Of a stretch of DNA of 64,000 nucleotides, positions 14,901 to 26,793 are shown one piece after another. This DNA comes from Antedon mediterranea (Eukaryota; Animalia; Echinodermata), in assembly GCF_964355755.1 (NCBI RefSeq), contig NC_092671.1, positions 12,400,001 to 12,464,000 on the forward strand, read 5' to 3'. The stretch's first letter is position 1, and each line of letters begins with the position of its first letter. The notes below the pieces were generated by a model. It did no database searches, had not been told where the DNA came from, and saw nothing but the letters and a program-made list of their open reading frames with translations. The translations under genes were made by a program, and so were the position numbers.

Positions 14901-15694
14901 GTAAGTCTATGCTAAAACCGAATTTGTATAGAAGGTAATGGATAAAATCATATTAAAACACAGACATGGTAATGTTGCTATGCTTATACACAGCGAATTC
15001 CAATAGAAGGGAATAGTGAACAGATAATCGTATTAGGTATCGAGTCATAATAACACACTGAGGGCAGTAAATTCTTATGCTCATACACAGAGAAATGTGT
15101 AACTCGCTACGCAAAAGCCAAATTCCAATTGTGTCTAATATAATACTACAACAATTTAGTTTTTCACTATGCGAATTTCAACTTTTACAATACTTTGAGT
15201 GATGCAAGTGTTTTATCTTGCACAAGCGCTTTATCTTTTGTTTACACCTCACTGTTGATTAAGTTTCCTTTAAAATGACTCATGTATTCCGAGTAAGATT
15301 TGATGTGTTGCTTATGAAATTTAAAACAATTCCTGGACTTATTTTCGAACTAGATTCACACTACTTATTTTCAGGTTTAATCTTTTCATTATATAAATTT
15401 GTTAACAAAATAAATTATTCAATTTAATTAATATTATTATTTTAAGCTGATGTTAAATGAAATAAATTGAAAAAACATAATACTGAGCCAAAATATAAAA
15501 TAAAAATAGAGGTGCTATAGAAAATTCACTAATGCATTAAATTTCTGCTAAAAAGTTTCTGTGCTCAAATAGAAAAAGAAAGAAGAGGGAAAGCCAAGCC
15601 TACATTGGGTCTGTCAGGCTTGGGCAACATAACAATTTTAGACCTAACAATTTTTCGTGGAAAATTACTGTATTTTTTTCTGTGATTTTAATAG

Positions 15695-15869
15695 AACTGC
15701 TGCAATGCAATCGCCAGAAGCTAAGTATGGAGAAGCCTGCGGGCACATTGAAACCATGGTCACAAATCTGCGAAGCAACAGGCTACAGTTAAATGAGATG
15801 TGGGCAGCCAAACAACTTAAACTTGAACTGTGCTTACAACTTAGACAGTTTGAAAAAGATGCTCTTGAG
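15695..15869 (+). CDS. TRIO: Trio exon, spectrin repeat (TAAMQSPE...LELCLQLRQFEKDALE)
   Basis: taatag| and GAG|gtaaaa; 175 nt, phase 2-0. Confidence 0.92.
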
Positions 15870-16274
15870 GTAAAATTATAATATGATTGATAATATCAAC
15901 TCACGCTACCCAGCCAGAAATCTATCATGCAAAACAATTTAAGGCTGAATTTGGAGGGTGCTTTCACAGTCATTGCTATTTTCATATTTAATTATATAAT
16001 AATATTTAATTTTGTATTCAAATTTTATTTATCGTTATGAATATTGATGTTATGTTTTGTGTATTGCAATTAAATTGAAAAAGTACAGTAACATTTTATC
16101 ATTACACAATATGCAAATTGTGGCTATACATTACTTATCTTCATCATTTACAGATTAATTAATGTCCAGCATATCACTAAGCGGTTAGAGTTTCTCTCTA
16201 CATTTATAATACTATTATGTATACATTTTTTAAACATGAATGTGAAATAAAAACATAACACTTTTTTGCTTTAG

Positions 16275-16424
16275 CTATCAAGCCAGCTACAGATGTGGAA
16301 AACAGATCTAGATTGTACCGATCTACAATTTGACTTTGACCTTCGTAAGGCCGAGCTCATGTCTGAACAACATTGTTTGCTGTTGATGGATATAGAAGAT
16401 ACGGCCGTCAGGCTTGTTCAGCGG
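16275..16424 (+). CDS. TRIO: Trio exon, spectrin repeat (LSSQLQMWKTDL...AVRLVQR)
   Basis: ctttag| and CGG|gtaagc; 150 nt, phase 0-0; not in the ORF track. Confidence 0.9.
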
Positions 16425-16764
16425 GTAAGCTTATTTGTTTTATGAATAAATGATCAGTCTTCTCCCGAATACACCTGCTCCATAGTCAGCTTCTTGTCCA
16501 TCTAATCTGTCGTAATAATAATAGTAATTTGTAAGATTTTGTGGATAATAATTTTAGGAAAATAAAGGAATTTTGTTATCCCAATTTTTCAATAAGTAAT
16601 CATACGTTTATATTACACTAATTATATATTTTGCCATATTGATCACATACCCAAGTAAAATATAGTAACACATAGTTACTAACATAATAGATAACAAGAA
16701 TAAAACAGCTTTCATTTTAACTTTTTAACTGACTGTAACAGTAAAAATTACAAATATAATAAAA

Positions 16765-18349
16765 ACTAGAATTTAATTCGTCACTTTGACGAATTATAGT
16801 TGATCATTTTTATCATTTTACTGAAATTAATTTTTTTTTTAACATGCACGTACGTTAACATACGATCGGAAAATGTTGATGTATGCCATCCTATTATACG
16901 CTTATAGTGCTGAATTGTGCCTATTATATGCCATACAATATGTACAGTATATCTATATACAGTGTAGCATACATACTAAATACAGTGCAGAATAGCTGAA
17001 AATAACGGGACCCTCTTTTATTCCAAATTTTAAAATGATGACGTCATCAAAATGAAATACGTAGATAGCAATTTTGGAAGCAAATTATTTGAGCAACAAC
17101 TTATTAATGTGTTGAAGAAATTGGGATACGCATAATATGGATGCGCGCTCTTTTAAATGTAATGAACTATGACGCAAAATATGAAAATACGACTTTTATA
17201 ATTCAACTGGCCATATGATGATGTCACAACATCCGATGCGCAAAATTTTTACATGAATTTGTATCTACAATTCAACAGCTTCCAGAAAACGTTTTAATAA
17301 TGAGTATCTCTTTTTATTCTGAGGAGCTATAACATATTGAAATTTACTGTAATGATGAAAATAAATGACCCAAGGAATTCACGCTTTTGAACATGATGAC
17401 GTCATAATAATTTTTTAAATGGTAAATCATTCAAAAGATAATTGATTGACCTAGACAATATCAAAATCAGGTGCAAAATGGAAAACGCATAAGTGGATAT
17501 GCGCTCTAATAAATGCAATAAGCTGTGACGAAAGAGACAAAAATCCAATATTTTATATTCGAGTGGCCATACAATGACGTCACAATGTCCGGTTAGCCAT
17601 ATTGATGCATGATCCGATATCTACAACTCATCATCTTCCAGAATATTTAATAAAAATAACTTTCACCGTTTAGTTTAGAAAATATGACTGTTTAAAAAAA
17701 GGCATAATTTTGACGAATTTTTTAACTTTTTCATCAAAAACACGCGCAAATTCTCAAATTCGACGTGCTCGCATGACGTGATTTCAAGTCGAAATTGTTT
17801 AAAAGTTGGTAAAATTACGAGAAAAGGGCTGAAAAAACATAAATCAAATGAAGAAATATGTTTTTAACGCTACATGCGTGCCACGCGCAAAAAAAACTGC
17901 GCGCGCGTGGGAATTTTTGACATGCTTAAAATGACATGAAATGCGTAGAAAAATGATTAGAAATTGATTTTTCACATTTTTAACTTTTAACGCGCAATTT
18001 TACGCACATGAACCTATGTACGCGTGCGTTTTTATTTGCTAATATTTTTACCCTTGACCTGAAGTTTACGTGTAGGGAATTTCATTAATATGTGATAATG
18101 AATTATGGAGATATGATTGATAATGCGATTTCACAAAATGGCGTATAAATGACGTCACGGATTAGTGATCGCGCTGAAAAGCTTTTTAGGACTAAGTTAA
18201 AGTATTAGAAAGACATTGTGAAATTCTTGTGATCATCGCCATTCAACTTTTTGAGATAATTGACACACAAAATCTGTACAGAAAGTAACAAATAATAAGA
18301 TTTCATACAATAACAATAGGTGATCATTTTATTCTAAATGATCACCTAA
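16765..18349 (-). mobile_element. Helentron/HINE (DINE-1-like) non-autonomous element, about 1.58 kb
   Basis: ACTAG, hairpin aattcgtca-ctt-tgacgaatt (16775-16795) and subTIR atagttgatcatttt at the left; palindrome taggtgatcattt...aaatgatcaccta (18317-18348) at the right; internal diverged ~358-bp tandem repeat; CpG-rich relative to host. Confidence 0.8.
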
Positions 18350-20240
18350 ATATCAGTAAAATATACTTTAAAGTATTATTTTTTTATGAGGTTAAGGTTG
18401 TTTTTGACATTTTGTCAGCTAAAAGCAATGCATAATAACTGTAAGATGATATACCATATTATATGCTATATTTCAATATGAAATTCATTCAGTTGTGTTA
18501 TAGTTTAACAATTGTACATTTCATCATGATAATGTGACTAGCTAGTTTTTAATTCACGTTATAATTTGGGGGCGCTACTGTATGTATTCAGACATGTGAT
18601 GATGCCATTGATCTCATCTTTAAATCTTAGTGACGCCTGTTTGTATAAACAAGTTAATACATGCACTTACAATTCATGTATACACATACATATACATATA
18701 TATACATACGTACAAACACACAAATTAACATAAAATGTGTGCCAGATAAATAATGTGTAATTCATTAACTTCATTGTTCAGTTAATTAATTTTCTATCTT
18801 GCTTTAAAATCATTGAAAATCTAAAAATGTCCTTTACACAAAATTAAATCAATATTTATATTAACATTTTATTATTATATATTATGAATCCAAAGGAAAA
18901 TTACTGAAAAAAATGACTATGTTGTGAGTATCAGTGGCTGGATCTATATGGAGATACAAAATAAAATAAGCAAAAAGCTAAATCAAAACAATAAAGTAAA
19001 CAGCCAGAAACATTTGCAGAGCTTTTGGGCAACACTAGCCCTGCATCAAGTGCAATATTAAATATATTAATGTTGTACAAAATAATAACTGTATGTATTA
19101 TGTGAAAGGTAATTTGATATTTGATATTTGATTGAGAAATGAAATGATGATATGAGTAACATCTGTTATTAATCTTTTCTTTCACTAAGTGTATTTTATT
19201 TTCAATTGTAAAGTCAAGTTCTGTACATCAAGAGATTGTATAAGGGAGGGATTTAGGCAGCCATTTTTTAGATCATAGAATAACTATTTAATATGATATA
19301 ATGATATCTTTTAATATTAGTATTTATTCCTTGTCTTAGACCAAAAACAAAAGTTTCATGTCCAGTGGTCATGTTCACCAATCACACAGTGAGACATTCC
19401 CCTTAAATATTAAGTATTTTACTTAATAAATATTTAAGTGTTTCCCTTAAATTGTATTCACTTAGATAGGAGATTTTTTAATTTTAAGGGTAAGTGTTTC
19501 CCTTAGGCTAAGTGTGAATGGTGCATACGGCCATTGGATTTGAGATATTTTTTGAGGAAGGGCTTTACTAATGTGATGCACCACTAAGTATTATACTATA
19601 GTTTCAAATTCCAATTTTTTAATTTGGCCATGTTTGTGTCTACAAACCTAAAGCAATATAGGAATCTATTTAAGTACAAACTTAAGAATCTGTGAAATTC
19701 TCCTAGTTTCCGTTGCATAGATTCATTAGCGAAACCATCTGATACCCGATGATGACGTACTTCAACCGTTGCTAATTAGATAGGGTTATGAACATAAGAA
19801 ATTTCTATAAGGATAGATTACCCTAAGGAGCTTGTAAACCAGTCTGCTTTATATTAATGATTTTTGAAGTAAACTGGATGTAAATTAAATTTAGAATTTG
19901 TATAATTATTTAATGAAATAAATAAATCTCCTTTTTCTTACAAGGTGTAAAAAGTAGATTTTATGTTTGAATGTACTAGCGATTTATTGAATTCGGAAAT
20001 ATAAAATAATCATTATGGTTAGTACTTCAGTTTTTTATCAACCATCCGGTTTGTTTTACAGAAAACTCAATTGCAGGCTTGGTAGTCAATATTTTAAAGT
20101 ATAATCTAAAAAGGGGGATTTTAAAGATGTAAATTAAGTACAAGCTACCTTTACTCAATCATATGCAGATTTTAAAGAAGCTTTTTATTTCATTATAGAC
20201 TTTCTTTTCCATAGTTGACAAATAATATTATTTTTTTCAG

Positions 20241-20441
20241 GGACAAGAGTTAAATCAAGCTTTTGAGGCTAATAGAGTGGATATGATGTCAGAGCGTGAG
20301 ATGACAGCTCAGACTCGCATCCAGGTGCTACTGGAACTAATCCATGAGGAATACCAAGATGTTGAAAAGCTTGGTGCTATAAGACGTCTTCTGCTGGATC
20401 AATGCATACATCTCAGACACTTTGAGTTTGAAGCCCATCAG
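20241..20441 (+). CDS. TRIO: Trio exon, spectrin repeat (GQELNQAFE...LDQCIHLRHFEFEAHQ)
   Basis: tttcag| and CAG|gttggt; 201 nt, phase 0-0. Confidence 0.92.
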
Positions 20442-20626
20442 GTTGGTAATATTAATATCATCAGGTAGACTCTCCAACCCAATTTGGCATCAATTACGTG
20501 TTGCATTTACTTGCATTTTTTTTTATAGTTTAAAGTCCATCAAGTTGGTAATAGTTGTACAATCAGGTAGAATCTCTACCCCACTTTGGCCTCAATTACG
20601 TGTTACAATTACTTTTATTTTTATAT
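20425..20626. repeat. ~102-bp diverged tandem duplication spanning a splice donor
   Basis: agtttgaagcccatcaggttggtaat...tcaggtaga...caattacgtgtt versus agtttaaagtccatcaagttggtaat...tcaggtaga...caattacgtgtt. Confidence 0.85.
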
Positions 20627-20728
20627 TGAGTCCAAAAGCAGTAATAAATAATAATTACTTGCATTTTAGTTTTTTAGTTTAGCTTTTTTTTATATTTGAT
20701 TTAAAATAATTATGACATATCTGTATAG

Positions 20729-20848
20729 GTATTAGGCTGGATAAAGACAGAAGAAGCCATGCTGGCTACCATGACAACCATTATAACAAATCAGCAAGAC
20801 GCTGAAAATCTACTAAGAGAACATCAGCAATTTGAGCTGACGATTGAG
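20729..20848 (+). CDS. TRIO: Trio exon, spectrin repeat (VLGWIKTEE...REHQQFELTIE)
   Basis: gtatag| and GAG|gtgaga; 120 nt; VLGWI spectrin helix start. Confidence 0.92.
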
Positions 20849-21432
20849 GTGAGAATTAAAATGAAATGCATTGAATAACCTCTTACTTAAAATGAAATAT
20901 ATAGGATCAAGCGCTGATAATATTTATGTTGTAACTCATCAGAATTTGACATGATGTGAATATATAACTGACCAAGAACATGAATTAGTCATTTTTACAG
21001 TCTGCCAATAGCTTTATAATCTTTATAGAAAAATAAAATGTTTGAACATTTGTCATTTATAAATCTTAAAGAGCCAGTACTATTAAAAACAGCATAAAAG
21101 TATTTTTTACAATAATACCAGTATTGTAAGCCTAACTTGTGTCTCATAAATGCATATGAAATCCGTATTGAGCCGATACAATCAGCTCCTTCTTAGGCCT
21201 ATCTACAATGTACATTTGTTTCAAAGCTATGATATGTGTCGTATTCGCTTGGAGTATCATTACACATTTATGCACTGCAGCAGATGCAATTGTTAAAGTA
21301 AAGTTATTAAGTTTCTTATAAGGACTAAGTTTTTTGTTAGATTTCAGAGTCTTTTAATGTAGTGAGTAATTACAGTTGATTTCTAGGAGTATCATTATCT
21401 AGTATAACATCTAAGATTTATTTTTATTTCAG

Positions 21433-21624
21433 AAAACACAAGAAAGTGCAATACAGCTACAAAATAGAGCTGAACTCCTGATAGATGGTGAACACTATGA
21501 CAGTGAGGCCATCTTCTACTTAGCAAAAGAAGTGGAAACCCACTGGCACCAGCTAATTATGATGGCAGAGGACAGGCAAAAACTGTTCACTTTTGCCAGT
21601 AACTTTTACAAAACATCGGAGAGA
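21433..21624 (+). CDS. TRIO: Trio exon, spectrin repeat (KTQESAIQLQNRAE...FYKTSER)
   Basis: tttcag| and AGA|gtaagt; 192 nt, phase 0-0. Confidence 0.93.
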
Positions 21625-21689
21625 GTAAGTGATCTTTTGTGTATTGTTAATATTGTAAATATAATAAATGTAAATGTGAAGAAATAACC

Positions 21690-21850
21690 TGCGACTTGCA
21701 GCTTAACTGGGCTGAATTGTGCACAGGTGTGGATGGCACATACAATAACATTCTTCTCCCCTAATGGCTCCTGTTAATCCATCCACAACAACATGGGCTG
21801 AATGAATCAGTACACCACGGTAACCTCCTACTCTTCCGAAGAGATGATGA
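21690..21850 (-). mobile_element. SINE fragment with Deu/Nin-like domain (related fragment ~60300-60590)
   Basis: acaccacggtaacctcctactcttccgaa here versus acaccacggtataaccacatctcttccgaa near 60445. Confidence 0.45.
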
Positions 21851-22138
21851 GTGTTAATGTATGATGGATAGATGGTGGTGGGTTGGTCCTTTTCAGGTAG
21901 CTATCAACAATACAGTTGAGCAGCTCTGTGTGTTTGATTCATTGTCCACTGTGTAGAATTAAATTTTCTTTAAAAAAAAAGCTGTCTCATTGTCAAGTAG
22001 GGTATTCTAGGGTATTCTTCTTACCATATTGTCCTCCATTTTGTGGAAGTAAAAGCTGATATGTCTTTATCCAGATAAGTGTCACTCATACTACCACTAC
22101 ACTCACAGACTACCAACACACAATACTGTTTCTTTCAG

Positions 22139-22412
22139 GTATTCTCTGTGTTAAGTGACCTGGTACGTCAATATCGTGTTGAAGAGGACTGGTGCTGCTC
22201 TTCCACCAATGCCACAATTAGTATTGAAGACATGCAGAGACTACTGATGCGACACCAAGACCAGAAAGAGAGTTTCCTTAAAGCATGTACCATGGTGCGC
22301 AAGAATGGTGTCGGCTTCATCAAGTATCTTAATAAGTGCAATAGCCCCTTTCAAATGCATATGCATGTAGGTGTAGGGGAACAGACTAAAGCCCTAGAAG
22401 GAGAAATACATC
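22139..22412 (+). CDS. TRIO: Trio exon, spectrin repeat (VFSVLSDL...QKESFLKACTMVRK...GEIH)
   Basis: tttcag| and C|gtaagt; 274 nt, phase 0-1; FLKACT motif. Confidence 0.94.
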
Positions 22413-22453
22413 GTAAGTTGCGTTCTTTTCATGATTATCACAGAAAGTATATA

Positions 22454-22625
22454 CAGTAGAACCACTATTAAGGGTACACCTTCTGGACATAACAAGTGTC
22501 AACTTTATAGGGATTTTCCCTGAATAATAGTTGGTCTTAGATTTAAAACATACATTGCTCCTAGTTCATTTCACAGAAAATGTTACCTTCGTAGTGGTGC
22601 CTTCTAAATAGAAAGGGTTCTACTT
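22454..22625. mobile_element. Tc1/pogo-like MITE, decayed
   Basis: TA|CAGTAGAACC ... GGTTCTACT ends; related copy at 62339-62533. Confidence 0.6.
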
Positions 22626-22841
22626 TATTTATTTTTCTGATAGTTATAGCAAGGATCTCTAATAGTTTATTTTCAGAGTTTCAAAGACTATTCTCATTAA
22701 ATTGTCTTAAAAGCTAAAAGCTTATTGACTCTAGATTATTACGATAATAAATACAACATGCAATTTTTCTTACCAAAGACTCAACCACACTATACCTACA
22801 ATTTTTATTAACAACTTCTGATATTTTCCTTTGATGTTTAG

Positions 22842-22957
22842 AAATTCTAGAAGATTTACGACAAGAAGAGGACAACTGCCTTGACCGATGGGCACAGAAA
22901 AAACTTCATCTAGACCAGTGCTCAAAATATGTTATGTTTGAAGCAAGTGCACGCAAG
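22842..22957 (+). CDS. TRIO: Trio exon, spectrin repeat (ILEDLRQEE...LDQCSKYVMFEASARK)
   Basis: gtttag| and AAG|gtataa; 116 nt, phase 1-0. Confidence 0.92.
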
Positions 22958-23514
22958 GTATAAAATATATTTTTAATGTACAAGTACATTTTTGTTTTTT
23001 ACATTTAAATGTTGTCCTAAAGATTAAATGTTTGAAGAATTATGAATTTTTCTTATCCAGATGCTTAATCTTATATGTAGATATGTGAGGGTAGTCTTAC
23101 ACCAGACAAGCTTAACCATGTCCACTTGCATCCAAATTGTTTAACTGTAATCAAATAAGTTTACCATTAATTATCTATTATAGGTAGATGTATAATTTCT
23201 ACCTTAGAAATATTATCAATGTGATATTTATACTGTGTTAACAGCACTGTAATTTTAATTAATAAGTTGTCTAACCCAAATTAAATTTCACATGATTTAT
23301 AGAGTAATTAAAAACGTAATTACAACACCTGCCTTTACAATGATATACCTTCAATTTAATTGCATTTCTTTATTGTTGTACATTTCATTTAGTATCAAGA
23401 GATTACTCTGTGATAATGCACTTTTTTATTTTGTAGTATTTTATATTTGTTCTTTTATAACTTGGTTTATTTTATATTTGTTCTTTTATAACTTGTTTTA
23501 TGTTTTTTATTCAG

Positions 23515-23637
23515 TGTCTTGACTGGATTCATGACAGTGGGGAGTACTACTTATCAACTCATACCAACATCGGTGCAACAGTTGAAGAAACTCAAGCACT
23601 ACTGGATGAACACAATGCTTTTAAAACAACTGCAAAG
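23515..23637 (+). CDS. TRIO: Trio exon, spectrin repeat (CLDWIHDSGEYYLSTH...FKTTAK)
   Basis: attcag| and AAG|gtaaaa; 123 nt; resembles Trio LEWIHDNGEFYLSTH. Confidence 0.95.
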
Positions 23638-23975
23638 GTAAAATAAAACAATAGAATAAATAATACTATCACCAAGCATGTAAAAGACATTTACCAGTAA
23701 TGAAAAAATGTATATACATATACATATTTCACATGTATCCAAGGTCATCAGATAATTATCATTGTGACATTTCAGTCCCAGTGTTTAAATAAAAAATGTC
23801 ATGAAATTGGCTTAATTTGAGGCATTTTTATATTTAAAAAAATATACAGTACATTGAGAGAAGAACTAACATATCAATATATAGTGGATAAAACATATGT
23901 AATATATGTTTTATCCTGTTAAGATCTCGTCCAAAATCCAGTAAATTCCTATCTTTAATTTGTATTTTCTTTTAG

Positions 23976-24149
23976 GAAACACGCGAGTCAGTTAAACTTC
24001 TTCACCAGCTCGCTGACAACCTTGTTACTTCACATTCAACAAGTATCAAATCATGGGTTTCTACTGTCGACAAGCGGTACAAGGATTTCTCTACGCGTAT
24101 GGATAAATACCGTGCTAGACTTGAAGCCACGCTCGGAGTTAGTCATCAG
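23976..24149 (+). CDS. TRIO: Trio exon, last spectrin repeat (ETRESVKLLHQLAD...VDKRYKDFSTRMDKYR...SHQ)
   Basis: ttttag| and CAG|gtaacc; 174 nt. Confidence 0.95.
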
Positions 24150-24214
24150 GTAACCATTGCATGTAATATGGTATTTAAATCACTAAGTCAATGTGAAGAA
24201 TCTTATGTCACAAG

Positions 24215-24316
24215 AAGTGGCTGAGCGGTTACAGCAGGGTACCGCAAACCGTAGCCATACAAACAGGTTCTCCTCGACCATAGTTCTGGTAGAACAAGTC
24301 TTCTTGGATAAGAACT
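24215..24316 (+). mobile_element. 5' fragment of the same SINE family
   Basis: AGTGGCTGAGCGGTT...CCATAGTTCTGGTAGAACAAGTCTTCTTGGATAAGAACT aligns with the 55.9-kb copy. Confidence 0.65.
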
Positions 24317-24470
24317 TCATGATGAATATTATGATACAAGATGCATTTAAGATTAAGTTTTAAGATACTGTACATAGTCAGAGACCGAATTGACACTATT
24401 ATTTATCAAGTTAACTAATGTTAGATTAGTATTGTTTATTATATTTGTTTATAATGTTTTTTGTTTTCAG

Positions 24471-24659
24471 GAGGAAATCCAAGATCTATCATTGGATGCA
24501 TCTCGCATGTCTGATCCTCTCCTTGAGGTCAAACTTAGAGATAGTCCAAAGGAGCTGAACGAAGGAAAACGAAAGTCCGCCAAAAAGCGTGATTACATCA
24601 TGCAGGAGCTGTTACAGACCGAACAAGCTTATGTTCGAGATTTAGAATATTGTATAAAG
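24471..24659 (+). CDS. TRIO: Trio exon, linker and start of DH1 (EVKLRD...KRKSAKKRDYIMQELLQTEQAYVRDLEYCIK)
   Basis: tttcag| and AAG|gtaagt; 189 nt; DH conserved region 1. Confidence 0.96.
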
Positions 24660-25470
24660 GTAAGTGTAGTCATCAGCTAGGTGTACAAGGTTATACAAAT
24701 CATCATAACTAGCTCTTTCTAGCCACTTCGACTGTCATCAATTACTTGGGTCCTGGTATAACAGCAGATGACCCTTTAAGCTCATAGGCTTTTTTCAGAA
24801 AGGGTCCTCATATGTCGGAACAGGTAAACTAATATTAACCTCTGTACTGAGGATAAATATACATTAAAATCCTTTGGAATCAATGTTTTGTACATGTACA
24901 ACATGACCTATGCTCACACATAATATTTCATTATTTCCAACTTTGTTGAGTCATAGAGATCAATGATTGTCTATCTATTAACGATAATCTATTGACTAAA
25001 CCACATTTCAACTTGCAGTAGTTTTGATTGAGTGAAGAATGTTTGAGTGATTACTATATGCATATTGGATATTTTATTGATTGATGATGGGAGATTATTC
25101 TGACCATAATGTCACACTGATCATAGGTGATTTACATTCAATGGTAATTAATTAATGGCAGTGAAATGTCAAATCATTCTGACCATAGCAATGTGATAGT
25201 TGGAGAAGAGACAAGTTTATATTCATGTCCATATATTCATAGTAAACTGCTACACACTGTTAATGATGTCTTAAGCCAAATTTTAAAACGACTTGTCTTA
25301 AAGATGAACACAGTAATACTGCCTCAATGCAGTGAAACTGCAACTTCTACTCTAGGCCCACTATTATCAATGTAAAACTTTTTATTTTTGTAATAGAAAT
25401 GTCACTATTCTAATTTATGGACTGCTCAAAAAGCAGACTTGACATTAATATAGTGAGTGAATTCTTCTCA

Positions 25471-25510
25471 CTCCTGAGGATGATCAAAGAATATTGATCG
25501 AAACGTCGAG
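25471..25510 (+). ncRNA. Minimal type I hammerhead motif (Penelope-associated type)
   Basis: CUC-CUGAGGA-U-GAUCAA(AGAAUA)UUGAUC-GAA-ACGU-C-GAG; palindromic ACGU stem III, 3-bp stem I, one extra nt before stem II. Confidence 0.65.
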
Positions 25511-25871
25511 AAACTCAACAGTTCTTTTCAGAACAAATATACGTGGTGTACCGCAAACTTTATATCAACATTTGATTTCGCCATACAAACCTTCAAACAA
25601 TACATTAATACAGTTGCCATCTTCTCATGGGCTAAAAATATTTGACTACTGAGTAGTTGAGCAATGGTTGAGATGCTTGCCTTGCAATCTCAAGGTCCAG
25701 AGTTTAATCCTGTGAGGGGATTGTGATTCACAAGCCTTTCTAATCCACTCTCTAAACCTCAAATGAGACAATTAAATATCATTTATTATAAGTCAGTGAG
25801 TGAACTATTTTCTACATTAATGCCTAAAAAAAAGATACATATTTGAATCAATGCATTTTCCCTTTTTGTAG

Positions 25872-25981
25872 CATTATTTGTGTGAGATGGCTGTGTCAAT
25901 GGCTGATCTTCCATCTGGCTTAGTTGGCAAAGAAAACATCATCTTTGGTAACCTTGAAGAAATATATGAATTTCATAAAGA
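25872..25981 (+). CDS. TRIO: Trio exon, DH1 (HYLCEM...IIFGNLEEIYEFHK)
   Basis: ttgtag| and GA|gtaaga; 110 nt, phase 0-2; IFGN..EIY.FH DH motif. Confidence 0.95.
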
Positions 25982-26049
25982 GTAAGAATTTCAGTTATTA
26001 TGACACTGTACATATTATACTTTGTATCATAGTCGTCGTCATATTAAAA

Positions 26050-26262
26050 AGCATGGTTCCCACTAGTGACGCAACGTAACACAACCTACAAAACGTAAGA
26101 AAATACCCTTCCAATATTTGTGTTTGCCCCCGCCTGCTTGAAATCAAACCTACGATGTTTGCATGACCGTTGCGTCGTCAGTTCCCACTTATGATTATGC
26201 AATACAGCTCTTTGCGTCAATACGCCGCTGAATTGTGTTGAGTCTCTAGTGGGAACCATGCT
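26050..26262. mobile_element. Harbinger-like MITE
   Basis: Perfect 17-bp TIR AGCATGGTTCCCACTAG / CTAGTGGGAACCATGCT; AAA on both flanks; superfamily inferred. Confidence 0.8.
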
Positions 26263-26440
26263 AAATTACTTCCTTATCTTATCTTAATGTTTATTCATCA
26301 CTTCTTAATATTTCCAAGTTTTATTTAAACTCAAGTTTGTGCATTCACTTCATACATACAGTATTTTCCAGCATTATCATTTCATTTTTAACAGATAGTA
26401 ATTATATTTTATATTATTAATACAATTGTTATGTTTCTAG

Positions 26441-26510
26441 CATTTTCTTGAAAGAACTTGTAAAATATCAACACATGCCAGAAAATGTTGGTCATGGCTT
26501 TGTATCCTGG
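26441..26510 (+). CDS. TRIO: Trio exon, DH1 (IFLKELVKYQHMPENVGHGFVSW)
   Basis: ttctag| and TGG|gtaagt; 70 nt, phase 2-0. Confidence 0.95.
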
Positions 26511-26703
26511 GTAAGTACAATTAAATGATAACAAATATTTTTGTTGAACTTAAATTAAGTAATATTTGTCTTTAATTTAGTTTATTGGTCTTTAGACATA
26601 TCAAATCATTTGTCTTTTTATTTTATTTACTCTTTCACTGTTTACGAATTAGAAATAAATTTGAACATAAAATATGAATAAACATGAATCTTGTTTGTTT
26701 TAG

Positions 26704-26793
26704 GCTGAAAAATTTCAAATGTATGTAACGTATTGCAAGAACAAACCAGACTCAAACGCTCTACTTATTCAACATGGTGGAACCTTCTTTGAT
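26704..26793 (+). CDS. TRIO: Trio exon, DH1 ([17 protein letters not shown]...FFD)
   Basis: tttag| and GAT|gtaagt; 90 nt; [11 protein letters not shown] as in Trio. Confidence 0.96.

Noticed and set aside
25650-25720. tRNA-like segments here and near 30680, 32990 and 60120
   Set aside because: Only decayed A/B boxes without a cloverleaf; most likely old SINE heads, not tRNA genes.
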